A DNA stretch of 64,000 bases from an uncultured Bacilli bacterium (GTDB lineage: Bacteria; Bacillota_I; Bacilli_A; RF39; UBA660): the NCBI GenBank assembly GCA_934101645.1, contig CAKORX010000001.1:81051-145050 (forward strand), read 5' to 3'. The translations under genes and the position numbers were made by a program. This document shows positions 30,315-40,043 of this stretch, in pieces. Position 1 is the stretch's first letter. Each line of letters opens with the position of its first letter. A model generated the notes under the pieces. That model searched no databases. It saw only the letters and a program-made list of their open reading frames with translations, and was not told the DNA's origin.

Positions 30315-31463
30315 TTATTTGAATGCTATATATTCAGTAAATGCACTATTTACATTATCATACTTTTCACAAGATTGTCCTACCATCGGATTATAAACTT
30401 TAAAACAATTGTTAGTTGCATCATAACCATAAATAGTGTAATAATGTCCACTTTTTGTACTTTTCAAAGTTGAATCACTTCGTGCAGAAAAACCTGGTGC
30501 TAAAGATGCAACGACTACCTGACCACTTGCTAATGCATCATATATTGCCTTTGCATGACCGGATGGACCTTCGCCAAATTTTCCTCCAGACCCAGCAACA
30601 CTGATTCCGATTGAATTATAAAAACTATTACTTTGATTATAGTCATTAACTCTTCCACAGAATAAACTGCTTGAGGCATCAGTAGTATTACTTGTCGGAT
30701 CTCCATTTAATCCTACTTTATTCATTCCAACATAAGCAGCTGCTGCAAGTTTGTTATAATCACTGCCATTATAACCTGTTGCACTCTTCAAATTATTTAC
30801 TTTACCTAGAAAATATGCAGCTTCAGTAATAGCAATTGGTCCACATGCACAGCCAAAGTTTACATTGTAATCACCCCATGTAGTAGACACATTTTCACGT
30901 CTACTAGACTGATATATATTCGCAGGATTAATATTAAATCCAACGTCATGTAATTCTTCATCGCTTGGTGTTTCTTCATCAGGATTTGTAGGTGTATCTG
31001 GATTAGTCGGTGTTGTTTGATCTGGCTCTTTAACATTTTCTCCAGTTCCTTGACTATCTTTAGTCTTTGTTTCAAGAATTGCATCAATTCTATTAACAAT
31101 ATCAAATGTTGTTGAATCACCGCTTACATTAAATGCTGCAGATTTACTTGAAACTTGAACACCAACTTTTGGTGGAGCCTCGTAAATCTCAGTAAATTCG
31201 ATAGTATAAACAGTTGAAAGCGAAGCTTCTTCAGCAAATCTTCTTAAAAAAACTTCATAAAACTTTTCTTTGTTAATTTTTATCTCACCGTATTGACGGT
31301 AATAAGCATAATCTACTGCATCAACCATAGCTGACTCAGTAATTTCTTTTACTAAATAATAATCTTGTGTATTAGTTGAAGTATAGCTTTGGACAAGAAG
31401 GAGTACTACTATGATAAATACTCCTAAAACCATTAGCCAATAGCCCCAATAGGATTCCTTCAT
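30315..31463 (-). CDS. Membrane-anchored protein with a C-terminal papain-like cysteine peptidase domain (C39-like / BtrH-like)
   Basis: N-terminal TM. A Pro/Thr-rich linker (TPTNPDTPTNPDEETP). Catalytic-type Cys in NFGCACGPIAITEAAYF and His in SGHYYTIYGYD. Confidence 0.6.
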   Translation of the reverse strand: MKESYWGYWLMVLGVFIIVVLLLVQSYTSTNTQDYYLVKEITESAMVDAVDYAYYRQYGEIKINKEKFYEVFLRRFAEEASLSTVYTIEFTEIYEAPPKVGVQVSSKSAAFNVSGDSTTFDIVNRIDAILETKTKDSQGTGENVKEPDQTTPTNPDTPTNPDEETPSDEELHDVGFNINPANIYQSSRRENVSTTWGDYNVNFGCACGPIAITEAAYFLGKVNNLKSATGYNGSDYNKLAAAAYVGMNKVGLNGDPTSNTTDASSSLFCGRVNDYNQSNSFYNSIGISVAGSGGKFGEGPSGHAKAIYDALASGQVVVASLAPGFSARSDSTLKSTKSGHYYTIYGYDATNNCFKVYNPMVGQSCEKYDNVNSAFTEYIAFK

Positions 31464-31475
31464 TTCATACCCTCC

Positions 31476-34400
31476 TTACTTCCATGATGGTCCAACATCT
31501 GGTATACCATCACCATTTGTATCTAGTGAACTGAATTTATATATTGTCCAGTAATCATTTGTTACAACATCGCTCATTGTTCCAGCAGGACCTGTATAAA
31601 TTGTACTAAAGTTCTCTTTATTTTTTGTTCTGCCATCTTTATTTGCCATTTCTACTTTACCACCAAAATCATCGTTTAAAAGTTTATCAACAAATGTACT
31701 GTAGCAGAAAATGTTACTCATTCGACAAGTTTTGTCAGTATCATTAAATGAATAGCCATTCTTTTTACAACGATTTTCATCATAACCAGTTAGAACATAA
31801 TCTTCACATTTTAAAGTATCATTATTATATGTGCCTTGTTCTTTATTATATTCTCTAATTTTTGTTATCATATCTGTATCCATTGTAACTTTTAATGTAT
31901 ATTTTTCTACAGTTGGTACTCCTGAAGAACCACCACTTCCTTGACCAGTTTCTCCAGTCGCACGTTTAGTTATTTCTGTTCTTGTATCGCCAGCTTTTCT
32001 TGCAACTAATTTATTACCATATACATTAGCATTAGTTTCCCAGTTGAATCCAACAACACGGTCAGTTGGGAATAGGTTTCCTGGACTTACAGGTCTAAAA
32101 TCGTAAGATGGCTTTGATGGTGTATTAGGATCTTCTCTAGTTACAACACAGTCAATACACTCTACTACACAATTTGGACAACAATTATAATTTCTTTCAC
32201 ATTGTTCACCAGGAGTGCAGCCAACTGCAGCAAGTGCTTCTTGTCTAGAATTCATCTTCTGACAAGTTGAATCAAAATAGTTATTATCACAAACATAATA
32301 TCCTTTTGATTCCATTACACAATACCTTGCTTCACTAGATGCAGGGCAAAGTCTTTCTTTACATGTATCCCAATCCTCATCTTTGTTACATTCAGTTTTA
32401 TAATGTGATTTTCCAGAACTATCAACACATTCACTTTGTGATACTTCATAAGTACATGCATATTGATTTCCATCAAGTGTTATTCCAGAATTATCATTTG
32501 TTGTTGTAGTTTCTGATTTTCTAATTCCTTTATCAATATAATAGTTTGACATACTATCGCTTGATGTTCCAAATATACGTCCAAGTGTTGGACTTGTTGA
32601 ATAGAATGTACCAATATTATCAAGAGTTAAAATATAATAATATACTCCTTTTGCGGTATTAATTCCAACAGGTAAACCATCAACTCTATCATAGTTTTCC
32701 ATTTCAGTTTGGTTAGCTATTTTTATATTACCATCATCATGGCCTGAGAAATAAACTCTTGCTGTATTATATGTTCCTATAGAAGAAGCAATTTTATGAA
32801 CATATTTTATCTTTGTTACTGGGAACTCAGAATCATTTGATGTATTAGAACATGTGATTTCTCCCTCATCACTTTCAGGTACATCACATACAAAGTAATG
32901 TTCCTTATCATAAGATATTTCAGTACTTCCATCACATGTATCATAAGCATTATTTACTTCACCATCACAACGCCATGTAGTATCATGAATATTTCCATCT
33001 ATATCTTCTACTTGAGTAGCTTGTTCACAGTTAGCACTACCAGATGCACAAACCTCTGCTTGAACTTTTTCATCAGGACTTATCATTATATCGCAAGTAC
33101 CTTTTTCACAAGACAATCCTTGAACTTCATTTATCCATTTTGAAACAGAATTGTTGCCAGGTTCAGGTTCTTGATAACTATATTTTACATATGGATCATA
33201 AACATAAACCATATCCCAATTTAATTTTTTAGTAGTATCTCCAGACACACTTGTATAATCTTTGTCATCACCACATGAATTATATTTATCAACTATTTCT
33301 TTTAATTCTTCAATAGCCTTTGTAATTTTTGCTTTTGCAGCATTTCTCTTTTCTTCGAAACCACTCTTTTGACTTTCCCAATCACTTTTTGCAGATATGC
33401 ACATTGGGTCTTTGCTTGAATCTTCTTTACCAAAGTAAGATTTATTTCCCATATTAGTATCACTGAATACATCACTTGGATTACCTTTACTAAATGTTAT
33501 TTTCTTTCCATCATCTTCGACAGTATATTTAATGAATTTATTGCTATGGTTAATATAATATTTATACTCTACATCAGCACCTTCATCATCACTACATTTA
33601 ATTTCTTGGCTAGTATCTTTTATCCAAGTTTCAGTCTTATCTACAAATGTTAAATTTTCATAATAATATAGCCATTCATTATATGCATCAACTATTTCTT
33701 TTTGTTTTTCAACAACATCTTTGCTATATTGGTCTTTATCAATCTTAGTTGTATAGCAATCTTGTTGGCCCTTAATTTTAACACTTATTTGGAAATATCT
33801 TCCAGCTTCGGCTGTCTTTTTATAAGGTACACCAAATTTATAATCTTCTTTACATCTTACCTCACAATAAGGGTTATCTTGAACAGCTTGAGCATTAGTT
33901 GCATCAACATATTTATAAGAATTATCTGCAATATCTTTGCTGTCCTTTTTTAATAAACACTTTTTAATATTATAAGTTTTTGTATCAGGATTGTATGCTT
34001 CTCTAAACTCATAATCTAAATATTCTTCTATATCATTTTCATCGTATTTTACTAAATTATCACTATCACCAGGTTCACAAATTGTAGGTATTGTTACTGT
34101 TGGTTGGCATTTAGTATCACTACATAATTGTGTATTTAAAGTAAAATCGCCATTTACTGGTTCTGTGCTTGAAACTAAGAATCTTTGAATTTTGCTATCT
34201 TTACTAGTTTCTCCTTTTGGAGAAATTCTCGCTCCAGAAAAAGCTGATGTATATTCATATTCAATTTTTATACTAACAGAACAATCTTCCTCTGAATCCT
34301 CTTCATCGGCATCATCGTATTTATCTTCTTTTGTAAGTGTTAAAGAAAATCCTAAATAAAGTGTGCCTTTTCTATCACTATCACTTAATTTTTGTGACAA

Positions 34401-35261
34401 ATCCTCATTACTACTTACTGGGTCCCAACCTTCCACACTGTCATTAAAAGTTTTAGAAACCCCAAGGAATTTAACAGTAGCTCCATTTTTGGCTATTATT
34501 TCTGGTTCCTTAGTTAATTTAAAATATTCATCTGTACTTGTACCAGTTATATTGTTAATATCTAACTTGATTGAAACTATTTTTGTATAAGTAATTGTAC
34601 CATTCTCGGTAACTTTATTAATTTGACCTTCTTCGCCTTTTTCTACTTTAGTAGCCTTATTATCTTTAGAGTATTCTGCAGCATAATTTAAAGCTTTAGT
34701 TAAAATTTCTTTTACAGGAGAAGCTGCACTTGCATTACCAGCATACGCAGCAGTTGTAGTGACTTTCGCGCCGCCGTAAGCATTATAGGCTTTACTAAAC
34801 TCTTCGTCCTTCAAAAATTCTTTAACAAGAGCTCCTTCTTGGCTTACAAAGGCAGGATCATTAGAATTTTCAAATCCAGGTTGAATAACATCAGTAAGAA
34901 TTCTTAGTGCATAATGTTTAACATTATATTGGTTTGAATTATTCATTATGTACAAAGCCGCATAATCATATTTTGCAACAGTCGAACTTGTTGATGAAGG
35001 TAAAAGCCTTCCAACAACAAAATTTGAACCGTTAGGTGAATTTCCTCTGTCTATACAAAATGCCTCAAAGCTTTTTCCTGTTGAACTCTGAGTTGCCTTT
35101 GATATAGAATAACCCATATTACTAGGAAAGCCAAGGCCAGAATCATGTGAATTATGATCGTTACTAATTGTAAATGATTCACCCATTTTAAAGGCATAAA
35201 CATTTGGAACAAATATTAAAGTGAAAATAAATATAAATAATAATTTTGATATTTTTTTCAT
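31476..35261 (-). CDS. Very large secreted Cys-rich protein (1261 aa) of unknown function, a candidate pilus-associated adhesin or substrate
   Basis: Signal peptide MKKISKLLFIFIFTLIFVPNVYA. No C-terminal TM or sorting motif. Contains about 70 Cys. Only 1 nt separates it from the upstream gene, so it is operonic. Confidence 0.7.
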   Translation of the reverse strand: MKKISKLLFIFIFTLIFVPNVYAFKMGESFTISNDHNSHDSGLGFPSNMGYSISKATQSSTGKSFEAFCIDRGNSPNGSNFVVGRLLPSSTSSTVAKYDYAALYIMNNSNQYNVKHYALRILTDVIQPGFENSNDPAFVSQEGALVKEFLKDEEFSKAYNAYGGAKVTTTAAYAGNASAASPVKEILTKALNYAAEYSKDNKATKVEKGEEGQINKVTENGTITYTKIVSIKLDINNITGTSTDEYFKLTKEPEIIAKNGATVKFLGVSKTFNDSVEGWDPVSSNEDLSQKLSDSDRKGTLYLGFSLTLTKEDKYDDADEEDSEEDCSVSIKIEYEYTSAFSGARISPKGETSKDSKIQRFLVSSTEPVNGDFTLNTQLCSDTKCQPTVTIPTICEPGDSDNLVKYDENDIEEYLDYEFREAYNPDTKTYNIKKCLLKKDSKDIADNSYKYVDATNAQAVQDNPYCEVRCKEDYKFGVPYKKTAEAGRYFQISVKIKGQQDCYTTKIDKDQYSKDVVEKQKEIVDAYNEWLYYYENLTFVDKTETWIKDTSQEIKCSDDEGADVEYKYYINHSNKFIKYTVEDDGKKITFSKGNPSDVFSDTNMGNKSYFGKEDSSKDPMCISAKSDWESQKSGFEEKRNAAKAKITKAIEELKEIVDKYNSCGDDKDYTSVSGDTTKKLNWDMVYVYDPYVKYSYQEPEPGNNSVSKWINEVQGLSCEKGTCDIMISPDEKVQAEVCASGSANCEQATQVEDIDGNIHDTTWRCDGEVNNAYDTCDGSTEISYDKEHYFVCDVPESDEGEITCSNTSNDSEFPVTKIKYVHKIASSIGTYNTARVYFSGHDDGNIKIANQTEMENYDRVDGLPVGINTAKGVYYYILTLDNIGTFYSTSPTLGRIFGTSSDSMSNYYIDKGIRKSETTTTNDNSGITLDGNQYACTYEVSQSECVDSSGKSHYKTECNKDEDWDTCKERLCPASSEARYCVMESKGYYVCDNNYFDSTCQKMNSRQEALAAVGCTPGEQCERNYNCCPNCVVECIDCVVTREDPNTPSKPSYDFRPVSPGNLFPTDRVVGFNWETNANVYGNKLVARKAGDTRTEITKRATGETGQGSGGSSGVPTVEKYTLKVTMDTDMITKIREYNKEQGTYNNDTLKCEDYVLTGYDENRCKKNGYSFNDTDKTCRMSNIFCYSTFVDKLLNDDFGGKVEMANKDGRTKNKENFSTIYTGPAGTMSDVVTNDYWTIYKFSSLDTNGDGIPDVGPSWK

Positions 35262-35262
35262 A

Positions 35263-35988
35263 TTATATTATGTCCTTTCTTTTTTTCTTGCTAATTATTA
35301 TATAACCAGTTGCTCCAGCAATGATTACACAAGTTCCAATTATAAATATAGTTTTATTTTTCTTAACAAATTCCCATAATTTTTGAAAAAAAGTCTTATT
35401 TTTTTCTTCTTCTTGTCTTTCTTTATCCTCTTTATAATCCTCAATTTTATTTACAAAATCTTCAAATCCAGAATCAGTATATGATACATATTTATTGCAC
35501 ATATAAAACTCAGGATTCTCTTTGCAATAACCATAAGAAGAATATAAATTATATCTTGGTGTTGTTAAATAAAATGTTCTATTAAGTGTACCCTTACAAT
35601 CTGTTTTATCAGAATTGTATACATTAAAAGTAAATGTATGTATTGTCATTATATCTTCAAGATCAAAAGATATTATTCCATTTACAGCATTTTTACTTGT
35701 GAAAGTTTTATTAAATCCATTATCACCTTTTACAACTACATAAAAGTTTTCGCTTACATTTAATAATGATATTTTGAAGTAACTATACGATAAATCGCAA
35801 TCATTTTGTCCATCTGCACAAGTATATTTACTACGATCAAGTTCTGCAATTTGTTCTTCATATATTGCTTTAATCGTTGCAGCCTCACTATTAAGTTGTG
35901 CCTGCTGTTCATACGAGCACGCCGCATCTACATTGAAGCTAAAAAGTAGCATCAATAACATAAGAAAAAAATATTTTGTTTTTTTCAT
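35263..35988 (-). CDS. Secreted protein with a C-terminal TM anchor. It is the first gene of the Tad-like operon.
   Basis: Signal peptide ending NVDAA, a Cys-containing ectodomain, and a C-terminal TM with a KKKRK tail. Confidence 0.6.
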   Translation of the reverse strand: MKKTKYFFLMLLMLLFSFNVDAACSYEQQAQLNSEAATIKAIYEEQIAELDRSKYTCADGQNDCDLSYSYFKISLLNVSENFYVVVKGDNGFNKTFTSKNAVNGIISFDLEDIMTIHTFTFNVYNSDKTDCKGTLNRTFYLTTPRYNLYSSYGYCKENPEFYMCNKYVSYTDSGFEDFVNKIEDYKEDKERQEEEKNKTFFQKLWEFVKKNKTIFIIGTCVIIAGATGYIIISKKKRKDII

Positions 35989-36096
35989 TTTTTCGCACCA
36001 TCCCTACTATTAAAATAGTAACATATTGACAATTTTTTTTCAATAAAAATTGATTGAATTTAAAAGATATGTTATATTTTTATATAGGATGGTTTT

Positions 36097-36753
36097 ATGA
36101 AAATAAAGAAATTTTTTAAAAATTTATTCAAAGATATTGGTATAATCATAGGATTTATTCTTATTATAGTTTTACTATCTAATACATTTAGAAAATATGT
36201 TAGTAAAAATTCTATGTTATGGCAAATAATTATTTTTTCTATAGCAAGTTTATACTTATTAATTATTTATAGAAAAGAATTTAAAAATTACTTTTTAGAT
36301 TTTAAAAAAAATTATAAAAAGCATTTATCAAAAGGATTTAAAATTTACATAATATGTTTATTTTTTATGTATGTAAGTAACATATTAATTTATTATCTAA
36401 CTAAATCTTTAGCCACTAACGAAACAATGAATCGTGCATCTGTTTCTCAAAATTTAATACTTTCAGTTATTGATATGTGCATTCTTGCTCCCTTTTATGA
36501 AGAAACTTTATCTAGATTAAACTTCAAAAATTTATTTTCAAATAAATGGACATTTTCCATAATAACGGGACTTGCTTTTGGTTCATTACATCTTTTAGTG
36601 GCTGAGTCTTTAGTAGAATGTTTATATTTAATACCTTACTCAATTATGGGTTTTTCCCTAGGATATATGTATTATGATACAAATAATATATTTACTTCAA
36701 TGAGTTTCCATTTTTTGAATAATTTCGTAAGTATATTATTACTTGTTTTATAG
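36097..36753 (+). CDS. CPBP-family intramembrane metalloprotease (CAAX protease / Abi-like)
   Basis: Polytopic. Motifs EETLSR (EExxxR) and FGSLHLL (FxxxH). Confidence 0.7.
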   Translation: MKIKKFFKNLFKDIGIIIGFILIIVLLSNTFRKYVSKNSMLWQIIIFSIASLYLLIIYRKEFKNYFLDFKKNYKKHLSKGFKIYIICLFFMYVSNILIYYLTKSLATNETMNRASVSQNLILSVIDMCILAPFYEETLSRLNFKNLFSNKWTFSIITGLAFGSLHLLVAESLVECLYLIPYSIMGFSLGYMYYDTNNIFTSMSFHFLNNFVSILLLVL

Positions 36754-36762
36754 GAGTAATTA

Positions 36763-37554
36763 ATGAAAAGATTTATATGTATTGTGATTTTGATATTAGT
36801 TTCCATATTTTTATATGCAAACTATATTAATGTTAAAGGTTATAAAATATATGAGTATGAAATAGCGTCAAATAAAATCACTAAAGGATTTGATGGATTT
36901 AAAATAGTTCATTTTTCTGATTTATTATATGATAAAGATGAAGATATTGAGGAAATAAAATTAATTATAAATAATTTAAATAAGCAAAATGCTAATATGA
37001 TAATTTTTACTGGTGACGTTGCAAAATCAAGTATAGCATCTGAAAAACTAAATGAAATTGGTACTTTATTTAAAAGTATAAATGCAGACTACAAATTTGC
37101 TATTATGGGAGACCACGACGATGAAAACACTAAAAATATGCTTAAAAATAGTGGCTTTGAAGTCTTAGAAAATAATTATGTATATGTCTATAATAAAGAT
37201 ATATCACCAATAAAAATAATGGCTTTAAATAATTTTAATGTTGATATTTTAAACAATGAAGATGAAATTAATCCAAGTTTTGTAATTGGGCTTTTGCATA
37301 AGCCAGATGAATTTAAAAATATTAAAGAATATAATATTGATGTAGTTTTCGCTGGACACTCTCTTGGTGGTCAAATTAGATTGCCCTTCTGGGGTGCTTT
37401 AATTAAAAAAGATGGTGCCAAAATATATACAAATAATTATTATGAAGAAAATGATACTATGATGTATGTAAGCTACGGAGTTGGCGTTGAAAAAACTCCA
37501 TTTAGAACTCTAAATAAGCCTTCATTTAATGTGTACAGATTAAAAAGCTTATAA
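36763..37554 (+). CDS. Membrane-anchored metallophosphoesterase of the calcineurin-like family
   Basis: N-terminal TM. Motifs GDVAK, IMGDHDDE and FAGHSLGGQ (GD / GDxxD / GH). Confidence 0.7.
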   Translation: MKRFICIVILILVSIFLYANYINVKGYKIYEYEIASNKITKGFDGFKIVHFSDLLYDKDEDIEEIKLIINNLNKQNANMIIFTGDVAKSSIASEKLNEIGTLFKSINADYKFAIMGDHDDENTKNMLKNSGFEVLENNYVYVYNKDISPIKIMALNNFNVDILNNEDEINPSFVIGLLHKPDEFKNIKEYNIDVVFAGHSLGGQIRLPFWGALIKKDGAKIYTNNYYEENDTMMYVSYGVGVEKTPFRTLNKPSFNVYRLKSL

Positions 37555-37586
37555 GAGTTTTTTTGTGACATAAAAAAACATAGCAA

Positions 37587-37874
37587 TTATAAAAATTCCA
37601 CTATGTTAATATTTTTCTTTAATTTTTCAATTAAATCAGCTTTTTCATATTTAGCAAATATTGATTTAAAATTACTACTATCCATTAAGAACATATCATA
37701 ATACTTTATAAATATATCTTGATAGTTTGTTACTCCTAAATCTTTTAGAAATGAAAGATTCTCGGTAACTAATTTTCTTTGTTCTTTAATAAGTTCAATG
37801 AATTTTTCTGGTGTATTTTCTTCAAAATATGCAACATCATCTTTACTAAATCCTATTTTTTCTAAAAATTTCAT
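37587..37874 (-). CDS. Hypothetical 95-aa protein sharing a helical module with the two upstream genes
   Basis: Its ATG overlaps the stop of the upstream ORF (ATGCTGCA). It resembles the C-terminal region of the 412-aa protein (K-LLE-LGY...EKL). Confidence 0.5.
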   Translation of the reverse strand: MKFLEKIGFSKDDVAYFEENTPEKFIELIKEQRKLVTENLSFLKDLGVTNYQDIFIKYYDMFLMDSSNFKSIFAKYEKADLIEKLKKNINIVEFL

Positions 37875-38749
37875 GCTGCACTCCTTACATTATTCATACT
37901 TTCTTCTTGAACTAATTTTAATTCAGTATCAATTGCTTTGTATATCTTAACTTTTTCTTCATCAGTTAAATTCTTTTTAAATGTTAAAGTATAATAAATT
38001 ATTTCTCTTTCATCAGTAATACCACTAGCAAGTAATTTAATCATATTATCTGATTTAGTTCCATCAATTTCACTTCCATAATTAAGTGCCTCTAATACAT
38101 GTCTTAAGTGAAGTGATAAATCTTCATATTTAGCAAGCATTTCATCAGTTAGACGAATTGTTTGATCTTTTAATAATGCTAATAAATATGGATTAGTTTC
38201 AGCTTCAACATTTTTTTCCGTTTCATTACTTACAGGCTCAGTTTTAGTACTAATCTCAGTATTTACACTAGGACTAGGTACATTATTTACTTCTTGAGTT
38301 TTTTGAACATTACTCTCTTTTACTGAAGGCTCTACTTTTTTTACTCCTTCACCAAATTTTCTTTCAAAATCCCTTTTATTAAAAATCAATTTATTATATT
38401 TACCACTTTCAGATCTTACTGGAATACCATTTTTTAAACAATATTCAAGTCTTATAGTGCACTCTTTAGAATTAATGCGTGTTGGATCTTCTACAAAAGC
38501 TTGTAAATGACCAAGTGATTCCATTTTACTAACCTGAGATTTAATAAAATCAAATGGATTTGCAAAAATCTTAAATTCAGATGGTTTAGTTATATTAATA
38601 CCCTTACTCTTCAAGTAATTTACTATAGTAGTTAAATCTTCATAAGATACTACATCGTCAGTTATACTAGCGTAAAATTTAAATAAAGTTTTATAATTTT
38701 CTGGAGTTAGTGATAAAACTTTAATTTTTTCTACAAGACTACTACTCAT
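37871..38749 (-). CDS. Hypothetical 292-aa protein
   Basis: Long ORF with no TM. A Ser/Thr/Glu-rich central linker separates two helical regions. Confidence 0.55.
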   Translation of the reverse strand: MSSSLVEKIKVLSLTPENYKTLFKFYASITDDVVSYEDLTTIVNYLKSKGINITKPSEFKIFANPFDFIKSQVSKMESLGHLQAFVEDPTRINSKECTIRLEYCLKNGIPVRSESGKYNKLIFNKRDFERKFGEGVKKVEPSVKESNVQKTQEVNNVPSPSVNTEISTKTEPVSNETEKNVEAETNPYLLALLKDQTIRLTDEMLAKYEDLSLHLRHVLEALNYGSEIDGTKSDNMIKLLASGITDEREIIYYTLTFKKNLTDEEKVKIYKAIDTELKLVQEESMNNVRSAA

Positions 38750-38761
38750 AAATTCTCCTTT

Positions 38762-40000
38762 CTAATAAGCAATTAATGGAACATTTTTAGGTTCTAAACC
38801 ACTTTGATTTAATAAATTAATTGCATCACTTAAACCCTTTAAATCGTATTTAGTTAATACTGCAGGATTTAAATATATATCTTGTGGCATTTTTCCAATG
38901 CTTGTTAATTTTTCTATTTTATTTGGCATTTCTTTGTCATAAAGAAGTTCTACATTATCAGCAAAGAAATCCAAAGTTATTTTTAATGATTTAATATATT
39001 CTGTATTTTTTCTAATTGTATCTTCATCATAATTTGCAAGCAATTTTTCAAAATCATTACTTGTAAAATCTAAATAATCATATCCAAGTGACTCTAATAA
39101 TTTAATTAATGATTCTTTAGTAGGTTCATCTTTGGATTTTTCTTTAGAAGGTTCTACACTATTAGTATTAATTTCAGATATAACTGGTGTTTCTGTTTTT
39201 GTTGCATCTTCAATATCTTTCATAAAATCAAACTTAAATGTATCAATTGATTCTGGTTTAACTACAGGTTCTACGTCAATTACTGGAGTTTTAGTTTCTT
39301 TTGCTTCCTTAAAAACATCACTAATTGATTTTCCTGATTGACGATTTTTATAACTGCTTTCATATTCGAATAATCCATCTTCTGGGAACATCAATAGTTT
39401 AGCGGCTTCTCTTTGTTCTTCTTCAGAAAAATTAAATTTTTCTAATAATGAAGTAATTTCATCTCTTGTAATATTTATATTACCTTCTAAAGCAAGTTCA
39501 AAATATTTATTTAATCTTTCTTGATTTGATAAAGCTTCATCTTTCCTAATTCCAAGTTCTTCAATCTTAGTTGTTGCTTTATTCATTTCATCTTCAACTA
39601 AAACAAGTTCTTTTTCTGCTTTATCTTTTTCAGATGCAAATTCTTCTAAAGTTTTAGGTAATTTTACATCTAACTCTTTTTTTAATTCATTTGGGTCAAA
39701 AGCAATACTAAGTTCCTTTAAAACGTTAACGAAATCATCTCTTCGAATAGTTTCTAAAGCATTTTTAAAACTCTCGCCCTCTTTTGCAAGTACTTCTTTT
39801 TCGCTAGTAAGTTTTTCAATTTGTTCTTGAAGTTCTGTAGTTCTTTTACTAGTTCTTTCTTTTGTTTTTACTGCTTCATCTTTTTCCTTAGCCATTGATA
39901 CTAGGATAACACTATCTTCTCCTCGTAAGTTATATAACTTATCAAGAAGCATTCTCATCTCTGTATTCAAATTTCTCATTGTCTTCACACCCTTTATCAT
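38762..40000 (-). CDS. Hypothetical 412-aa coiled-coil protein
   Basis: Long ORF whose N-terminal ~200 aa are strongly coiled-coil (E/K-rich heptads). It is the first gene of a three-gene block. Confidence 0.55.
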   Translation of the reverse strand: MIKGVKTMRNLNTEMRMLLDKLYNLRGEDSVILVSMAKEKDEAVKTKERTSKRTTELQEQIEKLTSEKEVLAKEGESFKNALETIRRDDFVNVLKELSIAFDPNELKKELDVKLPKTLEEFASEKDKAEKELVLVEDEMNKATTKIEELGIRKDEALSNQERLNKYFELALEGNINITRDEITSLLEKFNFSEEEQREAAKLLMFPEDGLFEYESSYKNRQSGKSISDVFKEAKETKTPVIDVEPVVKPESIDTFKFDFMKDIEDATKTETPVISEINTNSVEPSKEKSKDEPTKESLIKLLESLGYDYLDFTSNDFEKLLANYDEDTIRKNTEYIKSLKITLDFFADNVELLYDKEMPNKIEKLTSIGKMPQDIYLNPAVLTKYDLKGLSDAINLLNQSGLEPKNVPLIAY

Positions 40001-40043
40001 ATAAAAATTATAGCATAAAAAAAAGGCATATGTAAACTACCTT

